Positions 1-10,554 are shown, numbered from the stretch's first letter. The stretch is 64,000 nucleotides of DNA from an uncultured virus (IMG/VR IMGVR_UViG_3300042989_000017) (IMGVR_UViG_3300042989_000017), one strand, 5' to 3'. Program-made: numbers and translations. Notes: generated by a model not told the origin, from the sequence alone.

Positions 1-2
1 GT

Positions 3-2483
3 AATATCAACGCGATACTTCCAAAAATCGCTGCCACACTCGCCAAAACCCAACTGCTTGGCTTCGACATCGAAACCCATGACGCGCTTCGCCATGAAGG
101 TTTAAATCAACTGATGAAGATTGACGAAGACGGTAAGAAGGCAGCAGGTTCAAAGTTAATCTTCGACACAAACCGCACCACGGTAACTGGCTTCTCGCTC
201 TACCCTGATGGTACTGATGAGTCCTATTACTTTAACCTTGCCCACGCTGATACCGAGAACTGTGTTAGCTTCGACGAAGTACGTCACCTCTTTGATAATT
301 ACGAAGGCCACTACATTATCCACAACGCACCGTTCGAGATTGTGATGCTGGAGAAAGGCTTAAACACAAAATGGAAGCTACCTCACGGCAAGGTGATTGA
401 CACGTTAATCTTGTGCGTTACCGCGTACAACTCTGACACTTATACGAAGTCTGAGTTCGCCAAGCGTCAGTTCACTGGCCTCTATAAATTGATACCTGAC
501 ATCATGGTCGCTTACGGCAGCGGTGACATTGAACGGCAAGAAGATTTAGTGAATAAGTTCTGTGCCAAAGAGAGCGACGCGGCTCATTCCTATAATGGCT
601 TCGTGAAAGAGTTTGCTTGGGGTTTCAACCTCAAGAAAGCGAGCAAGCACTGGCTTAATTATACTCAAACAACCTTTGAGGAAGTCTTGCAAGGCCGAGG
701 CCACATGGGGCAGATTACAGGGGCTGAGGTTGTCAATTACGGTGCTGATGACGCGATTACCTGTGTGGGTATTTACCATGAGGTAATGGCTTGGCTAATG
801 CAGGAGAACCCTAATGCGGTTAAGACCTTCTTTAACCAAGAGAACCCCTGCTGCTGGGTTTATGCTCAGATGAACGCAAGCGGGATGCGTGTTGATGTTG
901 ACGCAATCTATCGCGCTCAAGATTCTCAGCGTGAAGAGTACGCTGTCGGCTTGCGTAAGATGAAAACTATCTTGGCAGAAGCTCTCGCAACTGTTTGGAC
1001 AGGCGAACCGAGTCCACAGCTACTCAAATATGAGAAGTGGTATGAGAAAGGCCGCGACCGTTACCTAAGTCTGATTAAACAGTTTGCCACATTACCTGAT
1101 GGGTTATCGGATTACGACCTTGTTAACTTTGGCGTTCGCTCCCCTGTGGGTAAAGGCTGGAGTGGCGAGGAGGTTAATGCCGTGAATCTCAGCCACTATA
1201 TGCCCATGAGAGTCATCTTATTTGAAATCCTTGGGCTAAAAGCGATGGTTGAAGCGCGGAAGATTCAGTCTGACGGGGAGGCGCGTGATAAGTTACGGGC
1301 GAAGGCCGTAGAGAGCGGAAACCAGCTTGTTGTTGAGTTGATGGATTGCTATAAAGCGATGAGCGAGATCGAGGGATCGCTCAAACTTTATATCAACAAC
1401 TATCTGAAAATGGTTGACCCAGATACTGGAAAACTTTATCCCAGTATCAGTTCTATCTTAGATACACGGCGTACCTCCACCTCAAACCCGTCACCACAAC
1501 AGCTTACCAAATTCGGCAGCAGTAAGTTTGTTCGCTCGTTCTTTTTGCCTGATGACGATAATTCAGTGATTTTGGCACCTGACTTTAGCGCAATTGAGCT
1601 TGTCATAATTGGGGGTTACAGCAACGACAGGGGCTTTATTAAGGCTTACGGTCAACGGCCTCACGATGACATTCACAGTCAAACAGCCGCCCTCATGCTT
1701 GGCTTAACGATTGAAGATTTTAATAAGCTGCCGAACAAGAAACAAATGCGAAACGAACAAGGAAAAATTCCTAACTTCTCTCTGTGGTACAGTGGTACTT
1801 TACACACCGCAGGCAAGCAACTCGGTTGGGATGCTGACACTGTGAAGATGAAAACCGAGCTTTACAAAGCAGGTTACGCTGAAGCCGAACAATGGCGTTT
1901 GGACACTATCTCGGACACCAAACTTAAGGGGTATGCTGAATTACCTGACCATCTTCGCCGCTACAGGTTTGAATCGACACCAATGTGGGCACAGTTGATG
2001 CAAAATAAATTTGAGAAACTAGGTGTTAATGAGTTCGGTAAACAGTGTATTAGACGAATCCAAGCTCGTAGCTCAAATATGGCTGTTAACGCTTTGGTTC
2101 AAGGGCTTTGTGCTACCTATGCCAAACGTAAGCTTTACCGCGCCATGTTTGCAGATATACCTCGTCTAGGTTTACGCGCCAGAGTAATGACACTTATTCA
2201 CGATGAGTTAGTTGTTTCCGTTCACCGTGACGACGTAATGAAGGCCAAAGACTACCTTTATGAGTTAATGATTGACGGTGAAGGTATTTTTGACAACGTG
2301 ATGATTGATAGCTCTATGGCTATGGGGCGTAATTACTTAGCTCTTAATGCTGAGAAGAACCCACGAGGGTTAGTAGAGCTGATGGAAATAGATAAGGACT
2401 TACCTTGCATCCCTAAAGAGCGTTGGGGTCAAAGGGCGACCGATGACGAGACGGGTTTAATCCTTGATTACCTTTTTACTTAG
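3..2483 (+). CDS. Family A DNA polymerase with 3'-5' exonuclease (5' end outside window)
   Basis: Frame is open upstream of the 114 ATG and includes ExoI GFDIET; ExoII HNAPFE, ExoIII YGADD; motif A DFSAIEL, motif B RxxxxKxxNFxxxY, motif C HDE. Confidence 0.95.
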   Translation, partial: NINAILPKIAATLAKTQLLGFDIETHDALRHEGLNQLMKIDEDGKKAAGSKLIFDTNRTTVTGFSLYPDGTDESYYFNLAHADTENCVSFDEVRHLFDNYEGHYIIHNAPFEIVMLEKGLNTKWKLPHGKVIDTLILCVTAYNSDTYTKSEFAKRQFTGLYKLIPDIMVAYGSGDIERQEDLVNKFCAKESDAAHSYNGFVKEFAWGFNLKKASKHWLNYTQTTFEEVLQGRGHMGQITGAEVVNYGADDAITCVGIYHEVMAWLMQENPNAVKTFFNQENPCCWVYAQMNASGMRVDVDAIYRAQDSQREEYAVGLRKMKTILAEALATVWTGEPSPQLLKYEKWYEKGRDRYLSLIKQFATLPDGLSDYDLVNFGVRSPVGKGWSGEEVNAVNLSHYMPMRVILFEILGLKAMVEARKIQSDGEARDKLRAKAVESGNQLVVELMDCYKAMSEIEGSLKLYINNYLKMVDPDTGKLYPSISSILDTRRTSTSNPSPQQLTKFGSSKFVRSFFLPDDDNSVILAPDFSAIELVIIGGYSNDRGFIKAYGQRPHDDIHSQTAALMLGLTIEDFNKLPNKKQMRNEQGKIPNFSLWYSGTLHTAGKQLGWDADTVKMKTELYKAGYAEAEQWRLDTISDTKLKGYAELPDHLRRYRFESTPMWAQLMQNKFEKLGVNEFGKQCIRRIQARSSNMAVNALVQGLCATYAKRKLYRAMFADIPRLGLRARVMTLIHDELVVSVHRDDVMKAKDYLYELMIDGEGIFDNVMIDSSMAMGRNYLALNAEKNPRGLVELMEIDKDLPCIPKERWGQRATDDETGLILDYLFT

Positions 2484-2492
2484 GTTTACAAT
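2464..2492 (+). promoter_or_regulatory. sigma70-type promoter of the first C4-like/antirepressor unit
   Basis: TTGATT-17 bp-TACAAT; the paralogous unit at 59.8 kb has TACAAT at the same position. Confidence 0.7.
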
Positions 2493-2548
2493 TCAAAACA
2501 TCTAGTGAGTAGCGTGACAGCAAAGCATTAGGTATTATTAAACGTATG

Positions 2549-2630
2549 AGAAAGCCGTTTTGTTTTCAGCTTGTTGGGTTTACGTTTAGACCCTCTGTCA
2601 CCAAGCGAAGAAAACTAAAGCGGCTTTTTC
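2549..2630 (+). ncRNA. C4/CI-like antisense RNA or attenuator hairpin, copy 1
   Basis: Nested stems AAAGCCGTTT/AAAGCGGCTTT, GCTTG/CAAGC, GGGTTT/AGACCC; unpaired TACGTTTA and CTGTCAC complement upstream TAAACGTA (2539-2546) and GTGACAG (2514-2520). Confidence 0.7.
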
Positions 2631-2641
2631 ATTTCTGAGAT

Positions 2642-3385
2642 TTGAAGACTATGAAAGATTTAATTACGGCTACACCTCCTCAGGTTACTATGACAAGTCT
2701 TGAGCTTGTTGAGTACATCAATAGTCTGCGTGATGGAGATGCGGCTCTTTTAACCCATGCCGACTTCTTGAAGAAAGTGCCCAAAGTCTTGAGTGAAAAA
2801 GATACAGGATTTTTTTCCGACATCTATTTCGACACTTACGGTCGAGAGCAGCGTTGCTATAAATTTCCCAAGCGCGAAGCCTGCCTTATGGCTATGTCTT
2901 ATAGTTATGACCTGCAAGCTAAGGTTTATGATTACATGACGGCTCTGGAGAATAAGATCACCGATACTACGCCGAAGTTATCTATCTTAGATTCCGCTCG
3001 TAACACCTTCGACAACGCTCTCCATTTTGCCAAACTCTTTAACCTTGAAGGTAATCAAGCCCTTCTTGCCGCAGATAAGGCCACCGCAAGACACACTGGC
3101 TTTTCCCCTATGAAGTTCATGCAAATTGAACTCGTCAAAGAAGAGCAGTGCTTAAACCTTACAGCAACTGAGATCGGTAAGGAGTTGACACCGCCTTTGT
3201 CTGCGATCAAAACAAACCTCCTTCTCCAAAACCAAGGCTTCCAAGAGAAGTTAGGTGCTGCTTGGAGTCCAACCGAGAAAGGTAAACCTTTTGCTGTTTT
3301 CTTAGATACAGGGAAGAAGCACTCTGACGGCACCCCAATCACACAACTGAAATGGTTGTCTTCGATTATTAAACACCTCACCTAA
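2642..3385 (+). CDS. Phage antirepressor/regulator (Rha-like N-terminus, KilAC-like C-terminus)
   Basis: MTSLELV...HADFLKKV...Y.FPKREACLMAMSYS N-terminal pattern; C-terminal TATEIGK...W.PTEKGK. Confidence 0.8.
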   Translation: MKTMKDLITATPPQVTMTSLELVEYINSLRDGDAALLTHADFLKKVPKVLSEKDTGFFSDIYFDTYGREQRCYKFPKREACLMAMSYSYDLQAKVYDYMTALENKITDTTPKLSILDSARNTFDNALHFAKLFNLEGNQALLAADKATARHTGFSPMKFMQIELVKEEQCLNLTATEIGKELTPPLSAIKTNLLLQNQGFQEKLGAAWSPTEKGKPFAVFLDTGKKHSDGTPITQLKWLSSIIKHLT

Positions 3386-3433
3386 CTTATGCTAGAATTA
3401 CCCAAACACTAATCAGTCTTTGGGTAACTCTAC

Positions 3434-3808
3434 ATGGCCGCTATATCCGATTTCTCAAAGCACCTAATGTTAAGTGCCTTGCTAACGACAACAAGAAACT
3501 TAACTACGTTGAAGCATCGAGCTGTACCGTTACACGATGGCGTTTTAATTGACCCTGTAACCTATCTCGGTGCAGATGCTCAGGTCTTCGGCCTCCACGT
3601 TTATGGGAATAATCCCCCCGCTGTAACGAACATGGAAGCCATTCAATGGACAGCCATCAACAACTGGCCAACGATTACCGAGATTGCGATCCTAAACTCT
3701 GGTTCTCAGGATGTTATCGCTCGTGCCGTTCTACCCTCCCCTTACACGATGACGGCAGGCAGTATCTTCACCGTACCGATTAACTCGTGGGAGATAGCAC
3801 TTGTTTAA
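3434..3808 (+). CDS. Putative virion/tail protein
   Basis: First gene of the tail-tip cluster; beta-rich W.TIT.IAI pattern. Confidence 0.5.
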   Translation: MAAISDFSKHLMLSALLTTTRNLTTLKHRAVPLHDGVLIDPVTYLGADAQVFGLHVYGNNPPAVTNMEAIQWTAINNWPTITEIAILNSGSQDVIARAVLPSPYTMTAGSIFTVPINSWEIALV

Positions 3809-3825
3809 ATCAGAGGACGGCCACC

Positions 3826-4689
3826 ATGTTTATTAGCTCCCTAGCGAAGTCTCATGTCAGGTTAAACTACCTGCAAAACATCGACTTGAATCTGTTCATG
3901 GTTGAGACGGAGTATCAGGAGTTTGCGGCCAATACCTCTTTCAGCGATAGCTATTCTTTTGCACTTTCCACAAAAGTACCAAGTGTCCGAACCTTTATCC
4001 TGAAGATACCTGTACTAAGATATTACTTCGACTCCTTCGGAGCCATTGACGTTACCGTTGACAAAGACACAAACATGGCTTGGGTTGAGTGGATGTACAA
4101 CGTACACAAACTCCACAAACCGTTTCTGTTTACACACCCTGTTTATGGTGTCGTAAAAGTGAGATTCAAAGAAGCTTTAAAAGTACCAAAGGGAGTAGCA
4201 GGTGGCCAAGCTTGTGTCGAAGCCTTAGAACTACAATTAGTTGAAACCTCAAACCCTAAGCCGATTGCTAACTTCACACCCCAGTTTGACACCCTTCTTT
4301 TTGACTTCCCCTACCATTTAGTCAGTACCGAGTACAAGTCTGAAGGGTTAGCTGTACCGTTAGGCGGCAACTATGCCTACACAGTAGCAGGCAGCAAACC
4401 TGAGCAGAGACGGTTCACGCTTTACTTTAAGGGTTTCAGGTACATCCAAGACGGACTAAACCTTCGGACTGATGAAGACGCACAGCTAAATATGGCAAGG
4501 CTTGAGATGTTCTACAACTTACACAAACTAGACAAACCTTTTGACTATAACCACCCTGTTTTCGGTATGACTAAGGTAAGATTTGACCAGCCGTTAAAAG
4601 TTCCCGCAGGGCTACAAAATAGCAACTGGACAGGTGATTTACAGCTTAATCTGATTGAAGTCGTCACCGACGCTTCACGATATTACTAA
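3826..4689 (+). CDS. Distal tail (gpM-like) protein with internally duplicated domain
   Basis: ATG with GAGGA RBS; two similar halves (YNxHKLxKPFxxxHPVxGxxKVRF); lies before the gpL-like gene. Confidence 0.6.
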   Translation: MFISSLAKSHVRLNYLQNIDLNLFMVETEYQEFAANTSFSDSYSFALSTKVPSVRTFILKIPVLRYYFDSFGAIDVTVDKDTNMAWVEWMYNVHKLHKPFLFTHPVYGVVKVRFKEALKVPKGVAGGQACVEALELQLVETSNPKPIANFTPQFDTLLFDFPYHLVSTEYKSEGLAVPLGGNYAYTVAGSKPEQRRFTLYFKGFRYIQDGLNLRTDEDAQLNMARLEMFYNLHKLDKPFDYNHPVFGMTKVRFDQPLKVPAGLQNSNWTGDLQLNLIEVVTDASRYY

Positions 4690-4698
4690 GGGGTTGAA

Positions 4699-5193
4699 AT
4701 GTTACCGTTAAGTACCGAACCTGTTGAACATCTTGCCGAGGCAAGGAAACTAAATCCAAACCCGTACGTTGAGCTGTTTGAGATACAGATTGATGCTGTC
4801 CACAGTATCTGGTGTACCTCCCACCCCACTATTGTTTGGAAGAATACAAAGTGGGAGAATTATCCCCTTACCTTTAGCGGCTACAATGTTCAATCGACAG
4901 GTGAACAGTCACGCCCTAAGCTTCAGATAGCCAATCCAAATGCTATTTTCTCATCTTTCATTGCTGTAAATGCCTTCAATAAAGCCACTGTTAAACGGTA
5001 TATGGTTTTCAGAGATGACTTAGTATCCGATACGCCTATCTACATTCTCAATAAGTGGAAAGTAAGCCGAGTTGCTAGTTTGACGAAAGATAGTGTCACA
5101 CTTGAGCTGAGAAGCATCTTGGATGGCGTTCGCTATACCCTACCAGCAAGGCAGTATATGAGTCCTGATTTTCCATCCACCACGATGGGTTAA
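4699..5193 (+). CDS. Minor tail protein L-like (no C-terminal Cys cluster)
   Basis: VELFEI...YP..FSG....G..SRPKLQIAN, ELRS.LD...LPARQ. Confidence 0.75.
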   Translation: MLPLSTEPVEHLAEARKLNPNPYVELFEIQIDAVHSIWCTSHPTIVWKNTKWENYPLTFSGYNVQSTGEQSRPKLQIANPNAIFSSFIAVNAFNKATVKRYMVFRDDLVSDTPIYILNKWKVSRVASLTKDSVTLELRSILDGVRYTLPARQYMSPDFPSTTMG

Positions 5194-5204
5194 GGAGAGA
5201 AGTT

Positions 5205-5684
5205 TTGCAGCACAACGAACTGTTAAACCTAGCTTACTCTGACGGCAACCGAGACTGCTACGGCTTAGTTCGTCGTTACTATCTTAAAGAGTACGGCATC
5301 CAGCTCCGAAACTACGCAAGACCTATCGGCTTCGATCACCAAGGTTTAGACTTACTGGCGGATAACTTCGAGAAAGAAGGCTTTGAAAAACTACCTAGTT
5401 TCAGTCAGAAGAATTTAGAAAAAGGCGATGGTATTCTGCTAAAAATTGCAGGTGGAAAAGCTATAAACCATGTCGGTGTCTATATCGGAAACGGTTACTT
5501 CTTACATCACCTGTACGGAAGACCCTCTGAGATAAGTCCTTTTGACCCACGATGGTTTGCACGAACTGTTTTTGTTGTACGCCATCCTGACGTTCAAGAA
5601 GCTAACCATAAAGCCGTTAAAGAAGTTAACCTATTGGATATGTTACCCCCACATTTGAAAGAGAGGATGGGTCATGGAAGCTGA
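5205..5684 (+). CDS. NlpC/P60 tail-tip peptidase (gpK C-terminal half)
   Basis: DCYGLVR, NHVGVYIG..FLHH. Confidence 0.85.
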   Translation: MQHNELLNLAYSDGNRDCYGLVRRYYLKEYGIQLRNYARPIGFDHQGLDLLADNFEKEGFEKLPSFSQKNLEKGDGILLKIAGGKAINHVGVYIGNGYFLHHLYGRPSEISPFDPRWFARTVFVVRHPDVQEANHKAVKEVNLLDMLPPHLKERMGHGS

Positions 5685-5997
5685 ACTGCTGGCTTATTGG
5701 AACCGTCATACCGAACGCTGCGGTTATGTTGACCTGAGCAATAAGGTGTTTGAACTCCCCAATATTCACGAAGATAAAAAGAACGGGTTCGAGCTTACCG
5801 AGATACCGAAGGAAGCCGTCGCTATTTGGCATACGCACCCATCAGGTTGTCCGAACCTATCTATTGAGGACTTCCACCTATTCAGTAGCTTTCCCCATTT
5901 GCTACACATCATTGTCGGCATCCGTAAAATCGCTTACTATTTTGTAGACACAGACGGTTCTCTGTTACGAAAAGAGGGAAACCATGTACCAAGTTAG
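5674..5997 (+). CDS. JAB/Mov34 domain protein (gpK N-terminal half)
   Basis: ERCG...WHTHP......S.ED JAMM motif. Confidence 0.85.
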   Translation: MEAELLAYWNRHTERCGYVDLSNKVFELPNIHEDKKNGFELTEIPKEAVAIWHTHPSGCPNLSIEDFHLFSSFPHLLHIIVGIRKIAYYFVDTDGSLLRKEGNHVPS

Positions 5998-6529
5998 TTT
6001 AGGCGACCTGAGTTTAAGTATTCATGCCAGTACGCCGCGAGAGGCTTTGTCAATCTTCCAAACTCACTTGCCACAGAATGTGCGGCAGCTTGTTGAAGTG
6101 AGTGGTATTCGCTGTCCTGCGGACTTAGATGAAGGTAAGTCGGAAAGCATTTTGGTTATCACTCCCAAGTATTTTGGTGCGGGCGGCGGTAGCGAGAAAG
6201 GTAGCTGGCTACAGATTGGTTTGGGGGTTTTGTTGATTGTATTTGCCACCCCTCTTGCAGCAGGTTTGAGTGGGGGGATATTTGGGACAGTTGGAGCAGG
6301 AACTGTTGCCACCTTCGGTTTCCAGCTCGCGTTAGGCGGAGCTATCGCTCTCCTAAACAAAGCCCCGAAAGCAGACCCCACGAGCGGAGATAAGAAAAGC
6401 CGATTCATTAACGGCAACGTAAACACAATCAAGGAAGGAACACCCATCCCTTTGATTTACGGCTTGCAAAAAGTTTACCTGCACTACCTATCCTTTAACT
6501 TAGATGCGATAGATTACAACCCTACTTAG
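5984..6529 (+). CDS. Tail assembly protein I-like
   Basis: GAGGG, hydrophobic segment, NT..EG.PIPLIYG. Confidence 0.85.
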   Translation: MYQVSLGDLSLSIHASTPREALSIFQTHLPQNVRQLVEVSGIRCPADLDEGKSESILVITPKYFGAGGGSEKGSWLQIGLGVLLIVFATPLAAGLSGGIFGTVGAGTVATFGFQLALGGAIALLNKAPKADPTSGDKKSRFINGNVNTIKEGTPIPLIYGLQKVYLHYLSFNLDAIDYNPT

Positions 6530-6537
6530 GAAACCTT

Positions 6538-9528
6538 ATGAGCCAGCAAAGATTTCGGGGCGCAGGCGGAAAGAAGCCTAAGAACCCAACCTACACGAAT
6601 GATAGCTTGTTCTCAGAGGACAGCATTGAACTATTACTGGCTGTGGGTGAAGGACCTATTTTCGGGTTACAAAACGGTAAACAAAGTTTCTTCGTCGGTG
6701 ACGTACCCCTTCAGCGTATCGAAGCGAGCGTACTTAAAGACAACTTTACGAATTTACGTGTGAACCCAAATAGCATCGGGGATAGCCAAGACATCAATAA
6801 ACATCAAGGTTTACCTAAAACTATCAACGTAGGTATGGGTTTAGCTGCCGATATTATTTTCCAAAAACAAGGTGAGTCAGCCTCAGTTGATGTTGGCACC
6901 CAAGTCCTCTACGCCACGCCTGTTATTCGCTACACTCCGTCCAACATGAGAGGGCGGATTCAACATCTTGAAGTTCGCGTCAACATCGCACAACTAAGTC
7001 GAGAAGATGAGAATGGAAGCTTCCCGCACACGGCCAAGTTTCGGATTGAGTATAAGAAGTCCTTAGACGCTACATGGTTAACCCATGACCCCGTTTACAG
7101 CTTTACCCATCTGCCAACGTCAGTTAGTTTAGTTCCTCAACTCAGCGACCGCGATGGCTTGAATGAGTATGCCCTCACAGGTAAGACAGGCTCAGGTTTC
7201 ATTATCGACTTTAAAATCCCAACAACCCTAACTACCGACGATGATTGGATGATTCGTGTCACCAAAAATAATCCTGATTATGTCTCAAGTGCCAGTGCGA
7301 CTAAAGAGATTGCCGAAATCATTTTTGACAGTTTCCAGATGATCGGCAACGCTACCCGTAAATTCCCTGACACCGCAGTGATACAGATAACAGGAACGGC
7401 TTCTGACCAATTCAGTAGTCTTCCTGATTTCTACGGCATCTATAAAGGGTTAATGACTCCTGTACCGAAGCGGTATTTATCCGAACCGATTAACTTAAAC
7501 CCTTACCGTGACCCTTTGTTTACTTGGACAGGTGAGCTAGAACTTGCCTACCACAGTAACCCTGCTTGGGTTCTCTACGACCTGCTGGATAATGTACGCT
7601 ACGGCTACCGTAAATACGTCAGCGACTTAGTTCTTAACAAGAATGACTTCTACGAAGCAGGTAGATGGTGTGATGAAATGGTGGCAGGTAAGATCGGCCA
7701 AGAACGTCGCTACACTATGAATATCACGATTGCGGAAAATCAAAACGCTTGGGAGTACCTGCAAAACATCGCGGGAGCATTTGACGGCATCTTGTACGAT
7801 GACGGGGAAGGCACAGTTCGATTAAAAGTGGACAGATGGGTAAACCCTAAAGTTATTTTCACACCCGAAACCATTAACGCTGAAGGTTTCTCCTACAGTT
7901 TTACAGATGTAGCAACACAGTACAATGAACTGACGGTGAGCTTTAGCAACCCCGAAAGAGGCTGGGAAGAGTCTCGACTACAAGTGGTGTATGACGATAC
8001 AGACAACGGTCGAAGTGTTAACGGAGCTATCCCTTTAGACTTTGTCGCTGTAGGCTGTATCTCTGAAAGTGAGGCCGTTAGACGAGGACGTGTACGAGGA
8101 CTGACGGCGAGTACCGAAAACACGCTAGTGAACTTTACAACGACAAGATTAGGTTTAGCCTTAGACCCGCTGGAGATTTTCTACGTCTCCGACCCTTACA
8201 TGAATTGGGGGCAGACAGGCCGAGCTGAGGTTATCTCAGGTCTCAATATTTATCTTCGGGATGAGTTACCGTTTACTGTTGCCGATTTAAGTCAGCCGTA
8301 CACGATGAGGATTCAGACTCTTTCTGACTTACTGACCTTTCAGGTTTTACTGACTTCCCCTACCTCTCTCTTAGTCACAGGGACTTCTACAGAGACAGAT
8401 GTTTTTTTAGCCGCAAGTTTTGCCGAGTTCCCCGTTTTTGTACTATCAGGCGGCAGACTAAAGTGTGGGGAGCCGAAACCGTTTAGAGCGACTACGTTAG
8501 AGCCTCTGAACAATTACAACTTGTTCCAGATTTCAGGTTTAGAGGTAAACCCTAAAAAGTTTGACTTCATAAGCAGTAGTGAGCATCTCGAATTAACTAT
8601 CGACCGTAACCAAACTAGCGGCTTAAACCTTCGCCAGTTCGTTGAAGCTTCCGTTTTAACACCTGTCCCTAAATACCTAACGGCAACTATTACCTTAGAC
8701 GGTACAGGCGATGAACTGTACATTGTTGCCGCTGATGTGAACAGCTATGCTTTAACGGTTGGGGACTGGAGCGATATCCTACCCGTAGGAGTTAAGCCAA
8801 AGGTTGTCGTAAAGGGCGGCGGGACAGTTCACATCGTGGGGCGGGGAGGAAGAGGCGGCAACGGTGGGGGCTTAATAGGTTTAGATGTTACAGGAGGAGG
8901 ACTGAGTGGGCACACCCTACCACCTGATTATGGTTTCCCTGTCGAACCTTCCAGTATTATGGGCGGACTCGCAGGTCAAAACGGCGGCCCTGCTGCCAAC
9001 TTTGAGCAGTCAGCCACCTTAGAGATCGAACCTCTGGCCACCCTAAACATAGTTGGCGGCTATGGTGGTGGCTACGGCGGCGATGGAGCTTATGTTACCG
9101 TTCCCGCTTACTTAACAGGTTTTGGCATCCGAGCCTCTGCTGATAGAGCCTTTTCTATCTTCCGTACCGTTGGCGCAGGCGGTAGCGGTGGCCGTCCTCT
9201 TGGAGCGTTTGGATCGGCAGGGGCAGCTAACTACGGGGTGCCTAACGGTGATGCAGGGACTTTAATAGCGGGGGGAGTTTGCCCTGCTGTAACTCCCCAC
9301 CCTGTTGCCCAAACAGGTTTGCTTGTTCTGCACGGGGAAGGTAGAGACGGTTTAAATCTACCTGACACCAATAACCCTGCACCAGGTTTTGTAATAGATC
9401 CAACCGATGGTTACACTACTCTACGCACCTACGCAGGTAGCCGTGTAAACGGAACACAAGGCGTGGCTATTACTAATATAGGCAACCTAGACCTTATTAA
9501 CAACGGCTCACTCGTTGTCACACCTTAA
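6538..9528 (+). CDS. Tip attachment/central tail protein J-like with Gly-rich C-terminus
   Basis: GEGPI.GL, SNPAWVLYDLL...RYG, GC.S..EA.R.GR. Confidence 0.9.
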   Translation: MSQQRFRGAGGKKPKNPTYTNDSLFSEDSIELLLAVGEGPIFGLQNGKQSFFVGDVPLQRIEASVLKDNFTNLRVNPNSIGDSQDINKHQGLPKTINVGMGLAADIIFQKQGESASVDVGTQVLYATPVIRYTPSNMRGRIQHLEVRVNIAQLSREDENGSFPHTAKFRIEYKKSLDATWLTHDPVYSFTHLPTSVSLVPQLSDRDGLNEYALTGKTGSGFIIDFKIPTTLTTDDDWMIRVTKNNPDYVSSASATKEIAEIIFDSFQMIGNATRKFPDTAVIQITGTASDQFSSLPDFYGIYKGLMTPVPKRYLSEPINLNPYRDPLFTWTGELELAYHSNPAWVLYDLLDNVRYGYRKYVSDLVLNKNDFYEAGRWCDEMVAGKIGQERRYTMNITIAENQNAWEYLQNIAGAFDGILYDDGEGTVRLKVDRWVNPKVIFTPETINAEGFSYSFTDVATQYNELTVSFSNPERGWEESRLQVVYDDTDNGRSVNGAIPLDFVAVGCISESEAVRRGRVRGLTASTENTLVNFTTTRLGLALDPLEIFYVSDPYMNWGQTGRAEVISGLNIYLRDELPFTVADLSQPYTMRIQTLSDLLTFQVLLTSPTSLLVTGTSTETDVFLAASFAEFPVFVLSGGRLKCGEPKPFRATTLEPLNNYNLFQISGLEVNPKKFDFISSSEHLELTIDRNQTSGLNLRQFVEASVLTPVPKYLTATITLDGTGDELYIVAADVNSYALTVGDWSDILPVGVKPKVVVKGGGTVHIVGRGGRGGNGGGLIGLDVTGGGLSGHTLPPDYGFPVEPSSIMGGLAGQNGGPAANFEQSATLEIEPLATLNIVGGYGGGYGGDGAYVTVPAYLTGFGIRASADRAFSIFRTVGAGGSGGRPLGAFGSAGAANYGVPNGDAGTLIAGGVCPAVTPHPVAQTGLLVLHGEGRDGLNLPDTNNPAPGFVIDPTDGYTTLRTYAGSRVNGTQGVAITNIGNLDLINNGSLVVTP

Positions 9529-9540
9529 AGAGAGAACCTT

Positions 9541-10554
9541 ATGACACTCATGTCAGGAAAAGTTTACAGCGACGCGGGAACGCCAAGTAATGCAGTTGGC
9601 GAGAACGGCGACATTTTCATGCAACTTGATGGCTTGAAAATCACCTACAGAAAAGAAGGCGGAGCATGGACGGCAATCGGCAACCAGCTCGGTACAATTC
9701 CTGAGTTCTTAAAAGGCGTAGGTGTGCCCTCCAATGTGTCAGGCGAAGACGGACAATACTACCGTGAAGTAAACACGGATGCTATCTACGAGAAACAGTC
9801 AGGCGTTTGGACAAACATAGGCTCGTGGACTTCTCTCGAAATCCAACAACTATTGACCTCTAATGGTATCGGGGCTGATTTAGCGGTAACGAATCATGTT
9901 GCAAACATTGACACGTTTATTGAGGTGGGTGCCGAAGGGTACTTTGACAATACAACAACAGGTACGAAACCCAACACGTATGGCAGGGTAAAAGTAAGAC
10001 AAGCAGGCAATGACCGTTATCAAGAAGCTCAAACCCGTGCAAACAAAGCTTCCACGCGCTACAGTTCTAATAACGGGACAACATGGACAGCGTGGCGTGT
10101 TATGGCTAACGAGGACGGGGACGCGACACGGAAATTTAAAGCCTTGGCGGGTACGGCTTCGGATGACGTTGCTGTTGTGGGTCAACTGCCTGATACACCT
10201 ACTTTTCCTCTACAGACCTACTACCATTCTGGTACTGACGGGTATCAACAACTACCCTCAGGTTACTTAATGCAGTGGGGGAAAACCACTACTGGGGGGA
10301 GTGTAACAATAACCTTCCCTGTAGAGTTTGACACCCTCCTAAACGTGCAGGTAAGCCCGATATATGATACAGATATGACCCCCGCTAACGGGAATTTTGA
10401 CTCCTCTGCGGCTCTAGTGCAAATACGCTCTTTTAGCACCGCACAACTGAACTTAGTGGCTGGAGCAGAAAGCGAGGGTGACGACGTATTTCATGCACAT
10501 AGTCCCGTTCTAGCCTTTTGGTTCGCCGTAGGGTTGAAGACTTATCCCTTATAA
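9541..10554 (+). CDS. Tail fibre protein
   Basis: N-terminal G.P....G.DG.Y repeats; C-terminal GY..LPSG.LMQWG...ITFP..F domain typical of tail fibres. Confidence 0.8.
   Translation: MTLMSGKVYSDAGTPSNAVGENGDIFMQLDGLKITYRKEGGAWTAIGNQLGTIPEFLKGVGVPSNVSGEDGQYYREVNTDAIYEKQSGVWTNIGSWTSLEIQQLLTSNGIGADLAVTNHVANIDTFIEVGAEGYFDNTTTGTKPNTYGRVKVRQAGNDRYQEAQTRANKASTRYSSNNGTTWTAWRVMANEDGDATRKFKALAGTASDDVAVVGQLPDTPTFPLQTYYHSGTDGYQQLPSGYLMQWGKTTTGGSVTITFPVEFDTLLNVQVSPIYDTDMTPANGNFDSSAALVQIRSFSTAQLNLVAGAESEGDDVFHAHSPVLAFWFAVGLKTYPL

Noticed and set aside
3..2483. DpoZ or modified-base genome system
   Set aside because: No purZ, datZ or other base-modification genes in the window; polA plus a MazG-like gene is not sufficient evidence
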